Source of the DNA: an uncultured virus (IMG/VR IMGVR_UViG_3300021960_000052)
Taxonomy: Duplodnaviria > Heunggongvirae > Uroviricota > Caudoviricetes
Direction: 5' to 3' (one strand)
DNA: 64,000 nt
IMG/VR virus record: IMGVR_UViG_3300021960_000052
The notes under the pieces are model-generated. The model was given only the letters and a program-made list of their open reading frames with translations, was not told where the DNA came from and made no database searches. Shown here piece by piece: positions 28,901 to 41,300 of the stretch. Positions within the stretch are counted from its first letter, which is position 1; each line of letters begins with the position of its first letter. A program made the position numbers and the translations under genes.

Positions 28901-29300
28901 TGACAATATGATTTTAAATTCAGTTACATTTAAGCCGTTGTTTGGTGAAAAAGCAAGTTTAGAGTTACAGGGCAAAATTAAAGTTATTAAACAAAGTGGT
29001 GTTGTAGTATCAACTGGTGAAATTAAATCACGTGTAGTAGAAGCACTTAACGGATACTTTACCATTGATAAATGGGACTTTGGTGATACGTTCTACTTCT
29101 CAGAACTATCAGCATACCTACACGAAGAACTAGGTGACATTGTTAGCTCTGTAGTTATTGTACCAACAGACCCAACTAAAACATTTGGTGACTTATACGA
29201 AGTACGCTGTTCGCCTAACGAAATATTTGTGAATGCGGCCACAGTGAATGATATTGACGTTATTGATGCACTTACAGCTGGTGCATTGAGAAAAAGTTAG
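25923..29300 (+). CDS. gp6: Baseplate wedge subunit (gp6-like)
   Basis: DFETLR..M..YL, F.D..ESSE, ENFLDTA.RR.SV..LA...GY.P, FGDG.F..IP and QNRMVNGEDY motifs. Confidence 0.9.
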   Translation: MAKTTRQTAIFGAEDWKKLYRTFKEADFQSYDFETLRKSMVDYLRLYYPETFNDFTESSEFVALLDLMAFMGQGLAFRSDLNTRENFLDTAERRDSVIKLAKLVGYTPKRNLNGNGFLKVTAVSTTESVLDYNNQNLSGLTINWNDVTNPDWLEQFNAIMNASMVDSQRFGRPGNSQKILGVQTDEYQINTTPNTLPIASFESSVDGISMDFEIVSGTSLNKTYVYEQSPQPSGAFNVLYKNDKLGYGSENTGYFFMFKQGALSNQDFTLVDRISNRSVNINVEGINENDVWLFELTENGNALVEWSPVDNIYSVDETGGQRSRTVYQVNTRTNDQISLQFGDGTFSKIPLGDYRAYMRQSNGLEYVINPEEIQNIQVPINYVSRKGRVETLTLTVSLQSPVSNSKSRETVSEIKERAPAAFYTQNRMVNGEDYNNFPYTRFTSILKSKAIARSGIGINRQLDLLDPTGKYSSTTAFASDGMLYRSFTDPTKTFSFLDTNDIADVIQGTLEPIIKSRALRHFFYDKFQRIPVTNIKWNQSTAIVNQTTGYFKDNSSGGAVAIGAFASGDTKYIQEGSLVKFVPPENQYFDANNRLQSGVPTKANEKLVLWATVTKLVLDGTNFGQGNLSDGTGPVTFNEYLPSGCIPTEIIPKFITDLPTTFEGQVIEQIEVYRDFGLGYDEKTATWYIISTDNLNENAEYNNSYAKNKDGLNRDASWLIQFTTDGEIYTIKYRNLGYYFASVLENRFIFDSNAKVYDPKTGKTVNDNVTVLKANTKPDANENLTTDVRLDIIGQETESDGFVDNFKVLVSYSDKDSDDIADNPDIFRDLVNPDTNPNTKYVFFNRQTDFDNLERWVPISSGSINMIFADLEKVEAKKTEYLNGQVFYAYTDKKFYKLAITGNEFTITETKDYRVAVGRQDLYFQYKHNSPNTRRIDPALTNIIDLFLVTNTYYTTYTNWIKDTTNSIKKPDQPTIDELTLAYNSLEDYKMASDNMILNSVTFKPLFGEKASLELQGKIKVIKQSGVVVSTGEIKSRVVEALNGYFTIDKWDFGDTFYFSELSAYLHEELGDIVSSVVIVPTDPTKTFGDLYEVRCSPNEIFVNAATVNDIDVIDALTAGALRKS

Positions 29301-29308
29301 GATAAACA

Positions 29309-32300
29309 ATGGCAAGATATACCAGAACTATAGATCTATTACCTGAAATATTTAGAACCACTACCAACGAAAAGTTTCTAAATGCTACACTTGATCAGAT
29401 TGTACAACGCCCACAATTAAGAAAAGTTGAAGGCTACATTGGTCGACGAGTTGGCTTAGGTGTTGACGGTAAAGACAGTTATGTGCTTGAGCAAGATCAA
29501 GAACGTGCGGCCTATCAATTAGAACCAACTGTTACCTGGAAAAAGAAAGATACCAATCAAACACATGACTTTTTAACATATCCTGGTATTGTTGACGCAC
29601 TACAAGTTAATAGTGCATTAACTGATAGACATGATAGACTATTTGATTCAGAATACTATTCCTGGGATCCATTTGTAGACTATGACAAACATGTTAACTT
29701 TAGTCAATACTATTGGTTACCACAAGGTCCAGACTCAGTTGATGTAAGTTCAACTGAAATATCAACTAGCGATGCTTACACTGTTACAAGAAATGAATTT
29801 GATTATACGCTAAGTGGTGTTGAAGGTCCTAACCCAACTATCACAGTTGTTCGTGGTGGCAATTATAAATTTAATGTACAACAAACAGGCACACCATTTT
29901 GGATTCAAGCGGCACCTGGTAGTAATGGCCAAATGCCTGGACAGCCAAATCAATCAAGTCGTGAAGTTATGGGTGTTACTAACAACGGCGATGATAATGG
30001 TATTGTAGAATTTAATGTTCCACTAGACACAGAACAAAACTTTTTCTTAAACATGGACACAGTAGGTACTGTGGATCTTGTTACTAGTTTACGCTTTGAT
30101 GAAATACATAACCAATTAGTAAGACCATTCTTAGACAAGCACGATGGCATTGATGAAGTAACTGACCTACGTAACAGAACAATTATCTTTATTAATAGAA
30201 ACCCCGGCAACGGTGATGACTCAGGATGGAAACGTGATTCAAGATTTGATGAAGCAAGATTTGATGAAAATGGTACTAGTTTTGCAGAGTCTGAAGAAAT
30301 AACAAGTAAAACAGATCGTTACAGTATCTACAGAATTGAATATAGATACGAAGGACAAGATAGCTCAAGTGATGTATTTGATGCGTCAGGTAAAAACCCA
30401 TATATGGTATTAAACAAAGTTAAGGAAATCCCTAGCTTAAAGAAAGTACACATTCAGTATGGTACAGAATATAACAATAAATTTATGTGGAAAACATCTG
30501 AAGGGTTCTTTGAACTTCAGCCACATATTACAGCAATTAACGATACTTTATATTATCAGGATGGCACAGATACAAATAGGTTTGGTATTATCCGTGTAGT
30601 TGATGCCGTTGATCAATTAACTTTAAATATTGAAGATATTATTGGTAAAAAACAATACACTTCGCCTACTGGCGTTACATTTTCTAATGGAATGAAAGTA
30701 CAGTTCCGCGGTGGCACCAAGCCAGAACAATATCAAGATAAGAGTTATTACGTTGAAGGTGTAGGTACAGCAATTAAACTATTACCAGTAGAAGAATTCC
30801 TTACACCAGAATCATATACAATCAGTGAAACCCAACCATTTGACGTTTCAGGATATGATGAACAGCCTTGGGATTCATCATTGAATGCACCTACTATCAA
30901 AGATTATATTACAATTAATAGAGGATCAGGAGATAATAACCCTTGGTCAAGATCTAATAGATGGTTCCATATTTCAGTAATTAAAGCAAGTGCTGAATAC
31001 AATAAAACAGTTGCTAATTTAGATCAAACAGCTCGTGCTAAACGACCTATCTTAGAATTTAATGATGGACTAAGACTGTTTAACTTTGGTACAGACGGTA
31101 AACGTGCAGTTGATATTATTGATTTAAGACAACGAGACGCATTATCTAATGTAGCTGGTAAGATTGGTTATAACATTGATGGACTAAGTTTATTTGACGG
31201 TGCTAGAATAATTTTTGCTGTAGACGAAGATCCACGAGTACGTAATAAAATTTATCAAGTTAGAATGGTTGATCCTATAGGGTTAACAGAAGATCCTTCA
31301 CAGCTTAGTGAAAAGATTATTCAATTAGTTGAAGCAGATGACACTAATGTTTTGCAAGACCAAACAGTCTTTGTTAAGTCTGGCATTACCTTACAAGGTA
31401 AGTCATATAGATACGATGGCACAAAATGGACAGCAACACAACAAAAAACAAAAGTAAACCAGGCACCATTATTTGATATTTTTGATAAAGCCGGTAGTTC
31501 TATTGGAAATACCGTAAAGTATCCGTCAACTAACTTTACAGGCACTAAACTATTCAGTTATGCTTCAGGCTCAGGCCCACTAGATTCTGAACTAGGCATG
31601 CGATTAAAGTATCTAAACATCAACAATGTTGGTGATATTGTTTTTGAAAATAATCTTTATAAAGATACATTTGTTTATACTATTAATAATGTTTCTACAA
31701 CCACAGATGTTGCTACAGGCTTTATTAGAAAGTACACAGACAGAACAAACTTTAAATTACAAACAGGTTGGGAAAAAGCAGTTGGCTCAACACGTCAGGC
31801 ACAGATCTTTACGTTTACAAATACCAATAAATGTATTTGTGATGTAAGATATATAGATGGAGACAATAAAGTTGTAGTATATGCTGATAACGTTTATATT
31901 AATCCATCAGACTATACGTTAACAAGAACGGCAAAAACGTCTACAATTGAATTAAAGACAAAAGCAGAAATAATTAATATTCATATTATCAGTGATCAGA
32001 AAAGTAAGGTTGCGTACTATGAAATGCCAAGTAACCTAAGTGATAACTCTGTTAATGATTCATTTGAAACAGTTACTCTCGGCACTATTAGAAATCACTT
32101 TGTTGGGTTAGCACAAAGTCATCCTGAGTTAAAAGGCGTTGTATTAGGCGAAAACAATATCAGAGACTTAGGCAACATTGTTGGCTACGGTAAACAAATT
32201 GTTGAACAATCGTCACCATTGCAATTTACAGCAATATTTGCTAAAGACTCAAATATTAATTTCTTTGACTCTGTTGAGTATGCGTCAAATGAATATGAAA

Positions 32301-35300
32301 AATTTAAAACAAGATTGATTGATACCTTAACAAAAAATGATTATCAAGGTACAGCCGACGAAAGGCTAGATCAAGCATTTGCAGATCTTAATAAAGGTCG
32401 TAACCCAGATATGCCATTTTACTGGGCAGATACTATTCCTTGTGGACAAGTCTACGAAGAATCAAAAATAACAATTACACCAATTGACGATAATGTTTTT
32501 GATTTATTAAAAATATATGATTTTACCAAAGCAAACTATCAAGGGTTACTCGTATACTTAAATGATAACATTTTATTAAAAGATATAGACTATACAATCT
32601 CTACAGATAGCCCACGATTGACAGTATTAAAAACTTTAAAACAAGGTGATGTAATACGTATTAGAGAATACCAATCAACAGCAGGAAGTTTTGTTCCTCC
32701 AACTCCAACCAAGTTAGGTATGTTTAATGTATTCAAACCAGAAGTATTTACAGATGATTCATATACAACACCTCAACAAATTCTACAAGGTCACGATGGA
32801 TCGAGAATAATCACATTTGGTGATAACCGTGACGAAGTATTGTATGAATTTGAATCAAGAATTTATAACAATATCAAGGTACCTAAAGATAGAAAAATTC
32901 CACTACGCTGGTATGACATTATTCCAGGTAAGTTTAGAACCACTGATTATGCTGATTCAGAAATTACTGACCTAATGAGTGAAAGTTTCTTATCATGGGT
33001 AGCCTGGAACAAGTTAGATTACAAAGAACAAGACTATGATTCAAATAACAAGAAAACTTGGAACTACTCTAGAGCAACTGACAGATTAGATGGTAGTCTA
33101 CTTAAAGGTGGATGGAGAGCTAATCTTTATAAATTCTATGACACAGATGTACCTCACTTACGTCCATGGGAAATGTTTGGTTTCAGTGAAGAACCTACAT
33201 GGTGGCAACGTCAATATGGTCCAGCACCATACACAGGCGACAACATGGTTCTATGGGATGACATGGCCAATGGTGTTGTAGCACACCCAGACGGTGACTA
33301 CATCATTGAAGATTTTAAACGTCCAAGACTACAAGAAGTTATTCCTACTGGTGACGAAGGAGACTTAGAAGCAAGTTTTGATGTACTTGTAAAAAATTAC
33401 GATTTACTAAGCACACGTAAAAGCTGGCTAGTTGGAGACATGGGTCCTGTAGAAACAGCCTGGAGACGTAGTTCAGCATATCCATTTGCTGTAATGAAAC
33501 TACTAGCACAAACTAAACCAGCACAGTTCTTTAGCTTAATGGCTGACAGAGATAGGTACATTTATTCCTCAGAGTTAGATCAATACGTATTAGATGGACG
33601 TTATAGATTAACTTCGCAAAACATTGAAATATATGGCGAAGGTACAATCAAACACTCATACATCAACTGGTGTGTTGACTTTGCACGTAGACAAGGTATT
33701 GTTAATAAACAAGAAATTGTTGATTTATTTCGTAATACAAAAATAAATCTTGTTTATAGAGTTGGTGGTTTTACTGACAAACAATATCTAAAAATGTTTA
33801 CAGAAAAAACATCGCCTAATTCATTAAATGCAAACTTACTATTGCCTGATGAAAGCTATGAAATATTGTTGTACAACAACGAGCCATTTGACGAAGTTGT
33901 ATATAGTTCTGTTATTGTACAGAAAGTTAAAGGTGGCTATGCTGTATACGGTAACTCAAAAGAAACACCTTATTTTAAAGTATATGAATCAATTACAAAC
34001 GGCAACTATAAAAATGTTACTGTAGGTGATGATACTGTTAGAATGAGTTTAGACTTTACTAACAAAGAAGTGTTAATACCATATGGTTATACATTTACTA
34101 GTAAAGGTGCTATGGTTGACTTCTTAGTAAGTTATGGTTCTTGGTTACAGTCAAAAGGTTTTATATTTGAAGACAAACATGATGATTACTTGCTTAACTG
34201 GGGCCAAATGGTTAATGAATTCTTATACTGGAATCAACAAGGCTGGCAAGAAGGTGCTATTATTAATTTAAATCCTGCGGCCAACGAGATACGTATTGAA
34301 CGTATTGGTGCAGTAGCGGCACCTATGTTAGGTCGACGTGCAGACGAGTTTATACTAGATCAGAACTTACAACCAATTATTAAAGAAAACTTAGCTTGGG
34401 ATAGATTAGGTAATGAATTAAGAATCAGCAGTCTTGATGAAAGTGCAATTAGTTTCCTTAAAATTAAATTTACCAGTTATGAACACGCATTAGTATTTTC
34501 AAATACCAGTATCTTTAATGACTTGTTATACGACCCAGCAACAGGTGCAAGACAACAACGTCTTAAAATAGTAGGCACATTCTCAGATAACTGGGACGGC
34601 ACTATTAATGCTCCAGGCTTTATCATGAATCAACCTAACGTTGAAGAATGGAAATCAAACAGAGAATATTCAAAAGGCGATATAGTCAGATATAAAAGTA
34701 ATTATTATTCAGCTCTACGCAGATTAAACCCTGCAGAGTTATTTGATTTTGCTGACTGGGCTGAAACAGAGTATGAGTCAGTCAAGACAGGCATGTTACC
34801 AAATATTGCTCTTAAAGCACAACAAAGTGAAAAATTTTATGATCTAAGTGAAGCAAATTTAGAATCAGATGCTGACCTATTAGGGTTTGGTTTAATTGGG
34901 TTCCGCACAAGAAACTACATGCAAGGACTTAACCTAGACGACGTAAGTCAAACAAATGTTTACAAAAACTTTATTGGTGCAAAAGGTAGTAATCGAGCAA
35001 TGAACTTATTTAAGAGTGCTCAGCTTGATAAAGAACTTACAGAATATGATATTTACGAAAACTGGGCAGTACGCTCTGGTTTCTATGGTGCAAACAGCAA
35101 CAGAAGTTATGTTGAAGTAAACTTAAACGGTGACAGATTAACAGGTAATCCAGCAACAGTAAAAATTACTAATAGCTCATTAGTGGGTACAACAGTTAAT
35201 CAAATTGTAAGATTAGACGACATTTATAAATCAAGTTACAAAGTCATTGACGAAAACATACTGCCAACAGTTGATTATCAAGATGTTGAAAACTCATTAC

Positions 35301-38300
35301 CTACCGCAGGGTTTGTTAATGTTGAAGATGTTGACATTAAATCATACGAATTAAGTAGTCTTGATGCTGTAGTTGAAAACTTAGATGAAATTACAGAAGG
35401 CACAAAGATTTGGGTAGCTAAAGATAACAACTACTCCTGGAACGTTTACAGAGCAACTGTGTTACGTGCAGAACCTATTTTAGTATTTGATAATTTAGAT
35501 GGAACATCATCAATAACATTTAACGGTCATCACCATTTAAACAAAGACGATATAGTTGTAATTAAATTCTTTAGTCAGCAAGTTGATGGTGCATTTAAAG
35601 TTAAGAGTGTCACAGCAGTTGATAAAATTATTGTTGACCTAGAATTTTCCAGTGAAATTACTGTACTTGAAGATTTAGGTGTAGCATTTGTTCTACAATC
35701 AAGTAAGGTATTCCAAGGTAGTGATATCGCAGACTTACCATTCATTAAAAATATGCAGACAGGTGAAAAGATCTGGGTTGATGGCACACAGTGGAAAGTA
35801 TTACAAAAGTTTAATCCATTTAGCAATGTTAATAACATTTGGAGTAAGACACTTAAAACACCAGTAACTAATGCTAACTTTGGACAAGTAGTTTCGCAAA
35901 CACCAGATGGGTTAACTGCCATGGTTGGTGCACCAGCCTGGAGAGACAGAGGTGCTGTTCATGTTTGGGGTGCATTAGGCAACGGCGATTTATCTGAAGG
36001 CACACGTTTAAGTTTAGGTAAAACTACAAGCACTGTTGATAACCAGCTAAGTGAATATGGTGCAAGTGTTGATTGTGCAAATTCTGGGTGGCACATTATT
36101 GGTGCACCTGGACACAGAAGCAACGAAGGCCTTGCTGTTTTAGTTAAACAGGTTAGTGCTGGAGTTATTAAAGAATTACAAGTCCTTACATTACCAGGTG
36201 CCAATAGATTTGGTGAGTCAGTAATATTTACAAATGATAACAAATGGGCATTTGTAGGTTCACCAGGCGATGAAAAAGTTTATGCGTATCAATATAAAGA
36301 ATATGAACAGCAGAAACATGACTTCTTAGCAGATGGAACAAGTTTAGTATACAATGTTGGTGATTATATTGAAGTTGACGACGAAACACAAATTTCAATG
36401 AACATTGACAACATTGTACAAATACCTGTTACAGATTACACAATGACAGGTGGCAATATTACATTTGTTGAAGCACCTAAAGCAGGACAACGTATTGAAA
36501 TTGTACGTAAGTACGTACATCAGGCAACAGGCGATGGTTCAACAGTTGATTACAATATTAGCTCATTATACAAAGCAACGTCGATAGAGACCTTTAATGT
36601 TATTTTAGATGAAGAGCTACTAAGACCTGGATATGATTACACATTTAATCCAAGTACAAAAGTAATTACATTTACACTAACAAACAAGTCTGGTACTCCA
36701 ATAGCGCCGCCGGGCGGACAGTTAATTTTAGTTGAAACCATTGATCATTTCAAATATGTATCAACTATACATAATCCTGGTGAAGTTGGCAACGGCTTTG
36801 GAACAAGTCTTGCAACAACCGCTGAAGGACGTCAATTGTTTATTGGTGCAACCACAGGCGTAGGCGAAGACTCTACTGATTCTATAGGTAAAGTATATGT
36901 GTATGATAGAGACGTTGAACGTTTCCAAGTTAAAAATAATACAACACTTGCATTTACCACAACAGAAGCAATTCAAGGCACAGCAAGAGTAACAGTTAAT
37001 AACGCTGATTTGTATGATAGTGATTACTATCTACTAAAAGGTAATTACACACAGTCAGGTCAAACATTTACTATTCAAGATGCCGCAGTTGATCTAGGTG
37101 ACTTTGTTGAAATTGAAACTAATAACTTTAGACTAGCAGGTATACTCTATAAACCTGACGTTATGCAAGGAGCACAGTTTGGCTATAGTGTAAAAGTATG
37201 TCCAACTAATTGTTCTATCTATGTTGGTGCACCTGGTGATTCAGCAATATTAGACTCAGCAGGTTCAGTTACACGTTTTGTTAATAGATCAAGACTGTAC
37301 GGATCAATAACGGGATCAATAGCAAATCCAGTGATAACACCTGGCACTAAGTTGCGTATTAATAATTACTACGTTACTGCTACAGGTACAACAGTAGAAG
37401 ATTTTGTAAAAGATATTAAAGATGCTAATCTACCAAATATCACAGCAAGTGTAGTTGATTCAAAAATTAAAATTAATTTAGTAAACGTTAATGCGGCACC
37501 TGCGGCTAATAAACTTTATATCTATCCAGCAGATTCAAGCTCACTAATAGAAGATCTAGGTCTTGAGTTGTTCCCATCAATGCAGACAATTCAGAACCCA
37601 TACCCAATTACCAATGCTAGGTTTGGACATGCGTTAGACATTTCAAATGATGCGTTTAGCGTTGTGATTGGTGCTCCCAACGGTGCTACAAACTTAGAAG
37701 TAACTTTAGATAAAAACTTAACTAAGTTTGACGCAGGCGGAACAAAAATTAAAGATGTACAAACACAGAGTGGTGCTGTTTATACATACGACTACTTAAC
37801 CAGTGACAACGATACCTATGATAATCCAGGTAAATTTGCATATGGTCAACAAATCAACGACAGCCAGGTACATCCACTAAGTGGATTTGGTACTAGTGTT
37901 GATTATGGTAATGCTAAATTATTGATTGGCGCTCCACATCAATTAGTAGACATCGACGATCCTACATCAGATAAAATTGGACGTATAGTAAGATTTGTCA
38001 ATGAAAACTTTACACCAGTATGGCAAGTGGTAGAAAAAGAGACACCTACAGTTAACACCAAGTTAATTAATTCAATGTTTATCTACAATAAGGTAACAGA
38101 CAAAGTATTAACGTACTTAGATTACATTGATCCTGTTCAAGGTAAAATCTTAGGTGCGGCGCAACAAAATATTGACCTAACTATACCTGATGATCCAGCA
38201 CAGTACAACAATGGCACTAATAATAACTTTGGTATGACCTGGGGTGCTGAACGTGTTGGCACAATTTGGTGGGACGTTTCTACTGCTAAGTTTATTAACT

Positions 38301-41300
38301 ACAATCAATCAACAGCAGATTATCGTGCTAAACGTATAGGTAACTTATTCCCAGGTTCAAGTATAGATGTATATCAATGGATATCAAGTGATGTACCTCC
38401 AGGTGAGTACGAAGGTGAAGGTCAAGTTTTCTCAACAGAAGACTACTCGTTGCTCAGTGATGTTAGACAAGGCGGCGAACTTGTAACCAAATATTATTTC
38501 TGGGTTAAAAACTTAACATCAGTAAATAGAAAACAAGGTAAAACACTAAGTCCATTTACAATTAAACAATATATCGAGACACCTAAGTCAAGTGGCATTC
38601 CTTACATAGCCGCAGTTGACAAAAATACTTTTGCTTTATTCAATGCACAAGAATATATTCAAGATACTAACAGTGTGTTACACATTGAGTTTGATAAAAT
38701 TGAAACAGATAATAATGTACACGTTGAATATGAACTTATTAGAGAAAAAGATCCAACTCAGTTCTTAACAGATAACTTATATCGTAAGTTCTTAGATTCA
38801 TTCTGTGGCGTTGACACAGCTGGTAATATTGTTCCTGATCCTACGTTAAGTTTAACTGATAGACGAGGTGTTGAATTTAGACCAAGACAAACAATGTTTG
38901 TTGATAGATTCAAAGCACTTGAAAATTATTTAACAGCGGTTAATAGAATTTTAAAACAACTACCGATTACTGAAATTAGAAGTTATCCGTTGCTGAACAG
39001 TCAGGAAGAAATGCCTGGCAAACCTTCAGGCACCTGGGACATAATGTTAGAAGATATTGCTGAACTAAGTTATCAGAAACTTAACATTGACCCAATTGGC
39101 TATCGTTACTTGGTTAAGTCAGACGCTAATAATGGAAATTTATGGACAATATATACTCTACAACCAAACAGAACATTACTGTTAACCAGAGTGCAAAATT
39201 ATAAAACAACACGCTACTGGAATTTCGTAGATTGGTATGAAGCTGGGTACAATACATTAGATAAACCAACTAAAGAAGTTAATCAATATGCAGATCTAGG
39301 CACACTAACAACTGCTATAGTTGGGTCTATTGTTAAAGTACGGTCAAACGCACAAGGTAAATTTGAAATTTACAGAAAAGATACTACAGGATGGACACGT
39401 GTTGGTTTAGAAAAAGGTACAATTAAAATAAGTAACAGCATTTTTGATTATGATATTGATCGCAATGGCTTTGATAACGAAGTATTTGATGCACAATATT
39501 TTGATCAAGAAGCTGTACTTGAACTAAGACAAATAATTAAATCTATCAATGAAGAATTATTTGTTGGTGATTTAGCACATCATAGAATTGCCTTAATTAC
39601 ATTAATGTTTAACTATGTGTTAAGTGAACAACAATCAACTGATTGGTTAGTAAAAACAAGTTTAATTGACGTTAAACATACACTGCGTGAACTTAAACCA
39701 TTTACAATTCTTAAACGTGATAATCAAGACTTTGTTGAACAATACATTCAAGAAGTTAAACCATATAGAACGCAGGTTAAAGAATTTAATCTAGTTTACA
39801 AAGGTGACGATAACTTTAAGGGCGATCCAACTGACTTTGACTTACCTGCACAATTTAATACTGAGTTAAACAAATATATTTCACCAAGACATGTACTTGA
39901 TCAAGAAAATATTACAGGTGAAGGTGTTTATCAATTAACTGATCCAATTTGGTTAACCGGTAATTATTCACAGTGGAGACAAAACTTTGCATTATCAATT
40001 AGGTCTGTTGCTGTTATTAATCCTGGTAGTGGATATTCAGAACCTCCACAAGTTATTATAACAGGGGAATGTGACATTCCAGCAGAAATGACTGCTAGAG
40101 TTTCATCAGCAGGCAAACTTATTGCTGTTAATGTTGATTACCCAGGACAAGGTTATACATCAACACCAGTTATTACACTTAAGGGTGGTAATGGTACAGG
40201 TGCAAAAGTGGCCGCAATCACTGCCCCTGGCGATGTAAGATCATATACTACTACAATTAAATTTGATAGATATGAATACTCAACCAGTATAGTTGACTGG
40301 GAGCCAGAAACTGCTTATACAGAAAATCAATTAGTACGCTTCAATAATAAAGTGTATAGTATTGAATGGGCAGATGGTTCAACACTGACAAAAGCAACTT
40401 TTGATCCTCTTGATTATAAATTAGTTGATGTAACAGATCTATCAGGTGTAGATCGTACAATGGGTCTATATCAACCAGGTAATAACTATCCAGGTCTGGA
40501 CTTATCATTATTAGTATATGGTACAGAGTATCCTGGTGTTAACATACTTGGACCAAACTTTAGTCAAAACACTGGTTGGGACGTAGGTAATTGGGACGTT
40601 AATCCATACGACAACATTGACTTTGATGAAAACGGTAAACCAAGTTATTCTGAAACTATTCTTGACGCTAAGTATCAAGGTGGTGACTATTCAGGTACAA
40701 GTGCAGATGCACAATATAATGTTGATTTAGAAACTAAAGTGTTTTCACTAACAACTTCAAGTCCTAACAGTGAACACGGCGACATTGACTTTAATTTTGA
40801 TGATCCATGGTTATGGTCTTGGGAGTCAGACTTTTATAGACCTACAGGTGGTGTCGATGTACAAAAACCTAGTCTGGTTTTACAACGTGGATCAACTTAT
40901 AAATTTGAAAACCACACATATGGTCACAACTTATGGCTCAGATCAAAAGCTCTAAGTGAAGCAGAATATGTTGCAGGCAATACAGAATTATACATACTAA
41001 GCCAAGACGATGGTGTAATTAATAACGGTGCTAAACGTAGTTCACCAACAGACTTAACACCAGCAGTGATTACTTGGACAGTACCATTGGATTACCCAGG
41101 TGACTCAGTTGTTATTCAACATAGTCAGTATGGCATGGCAGATACTGTTAAGATCTCTGGAGAGATTATTAATCCAGTAACTGGCAGACCAACAGACATT
41201 GATGTAAACGGCGGTGCGTTTGTTGACAGTTATAATAGCCATGCTCCACAGGAACTAGTTCCTGGTGCGATGTTTGACACATTAAACATCCAAGTTAACA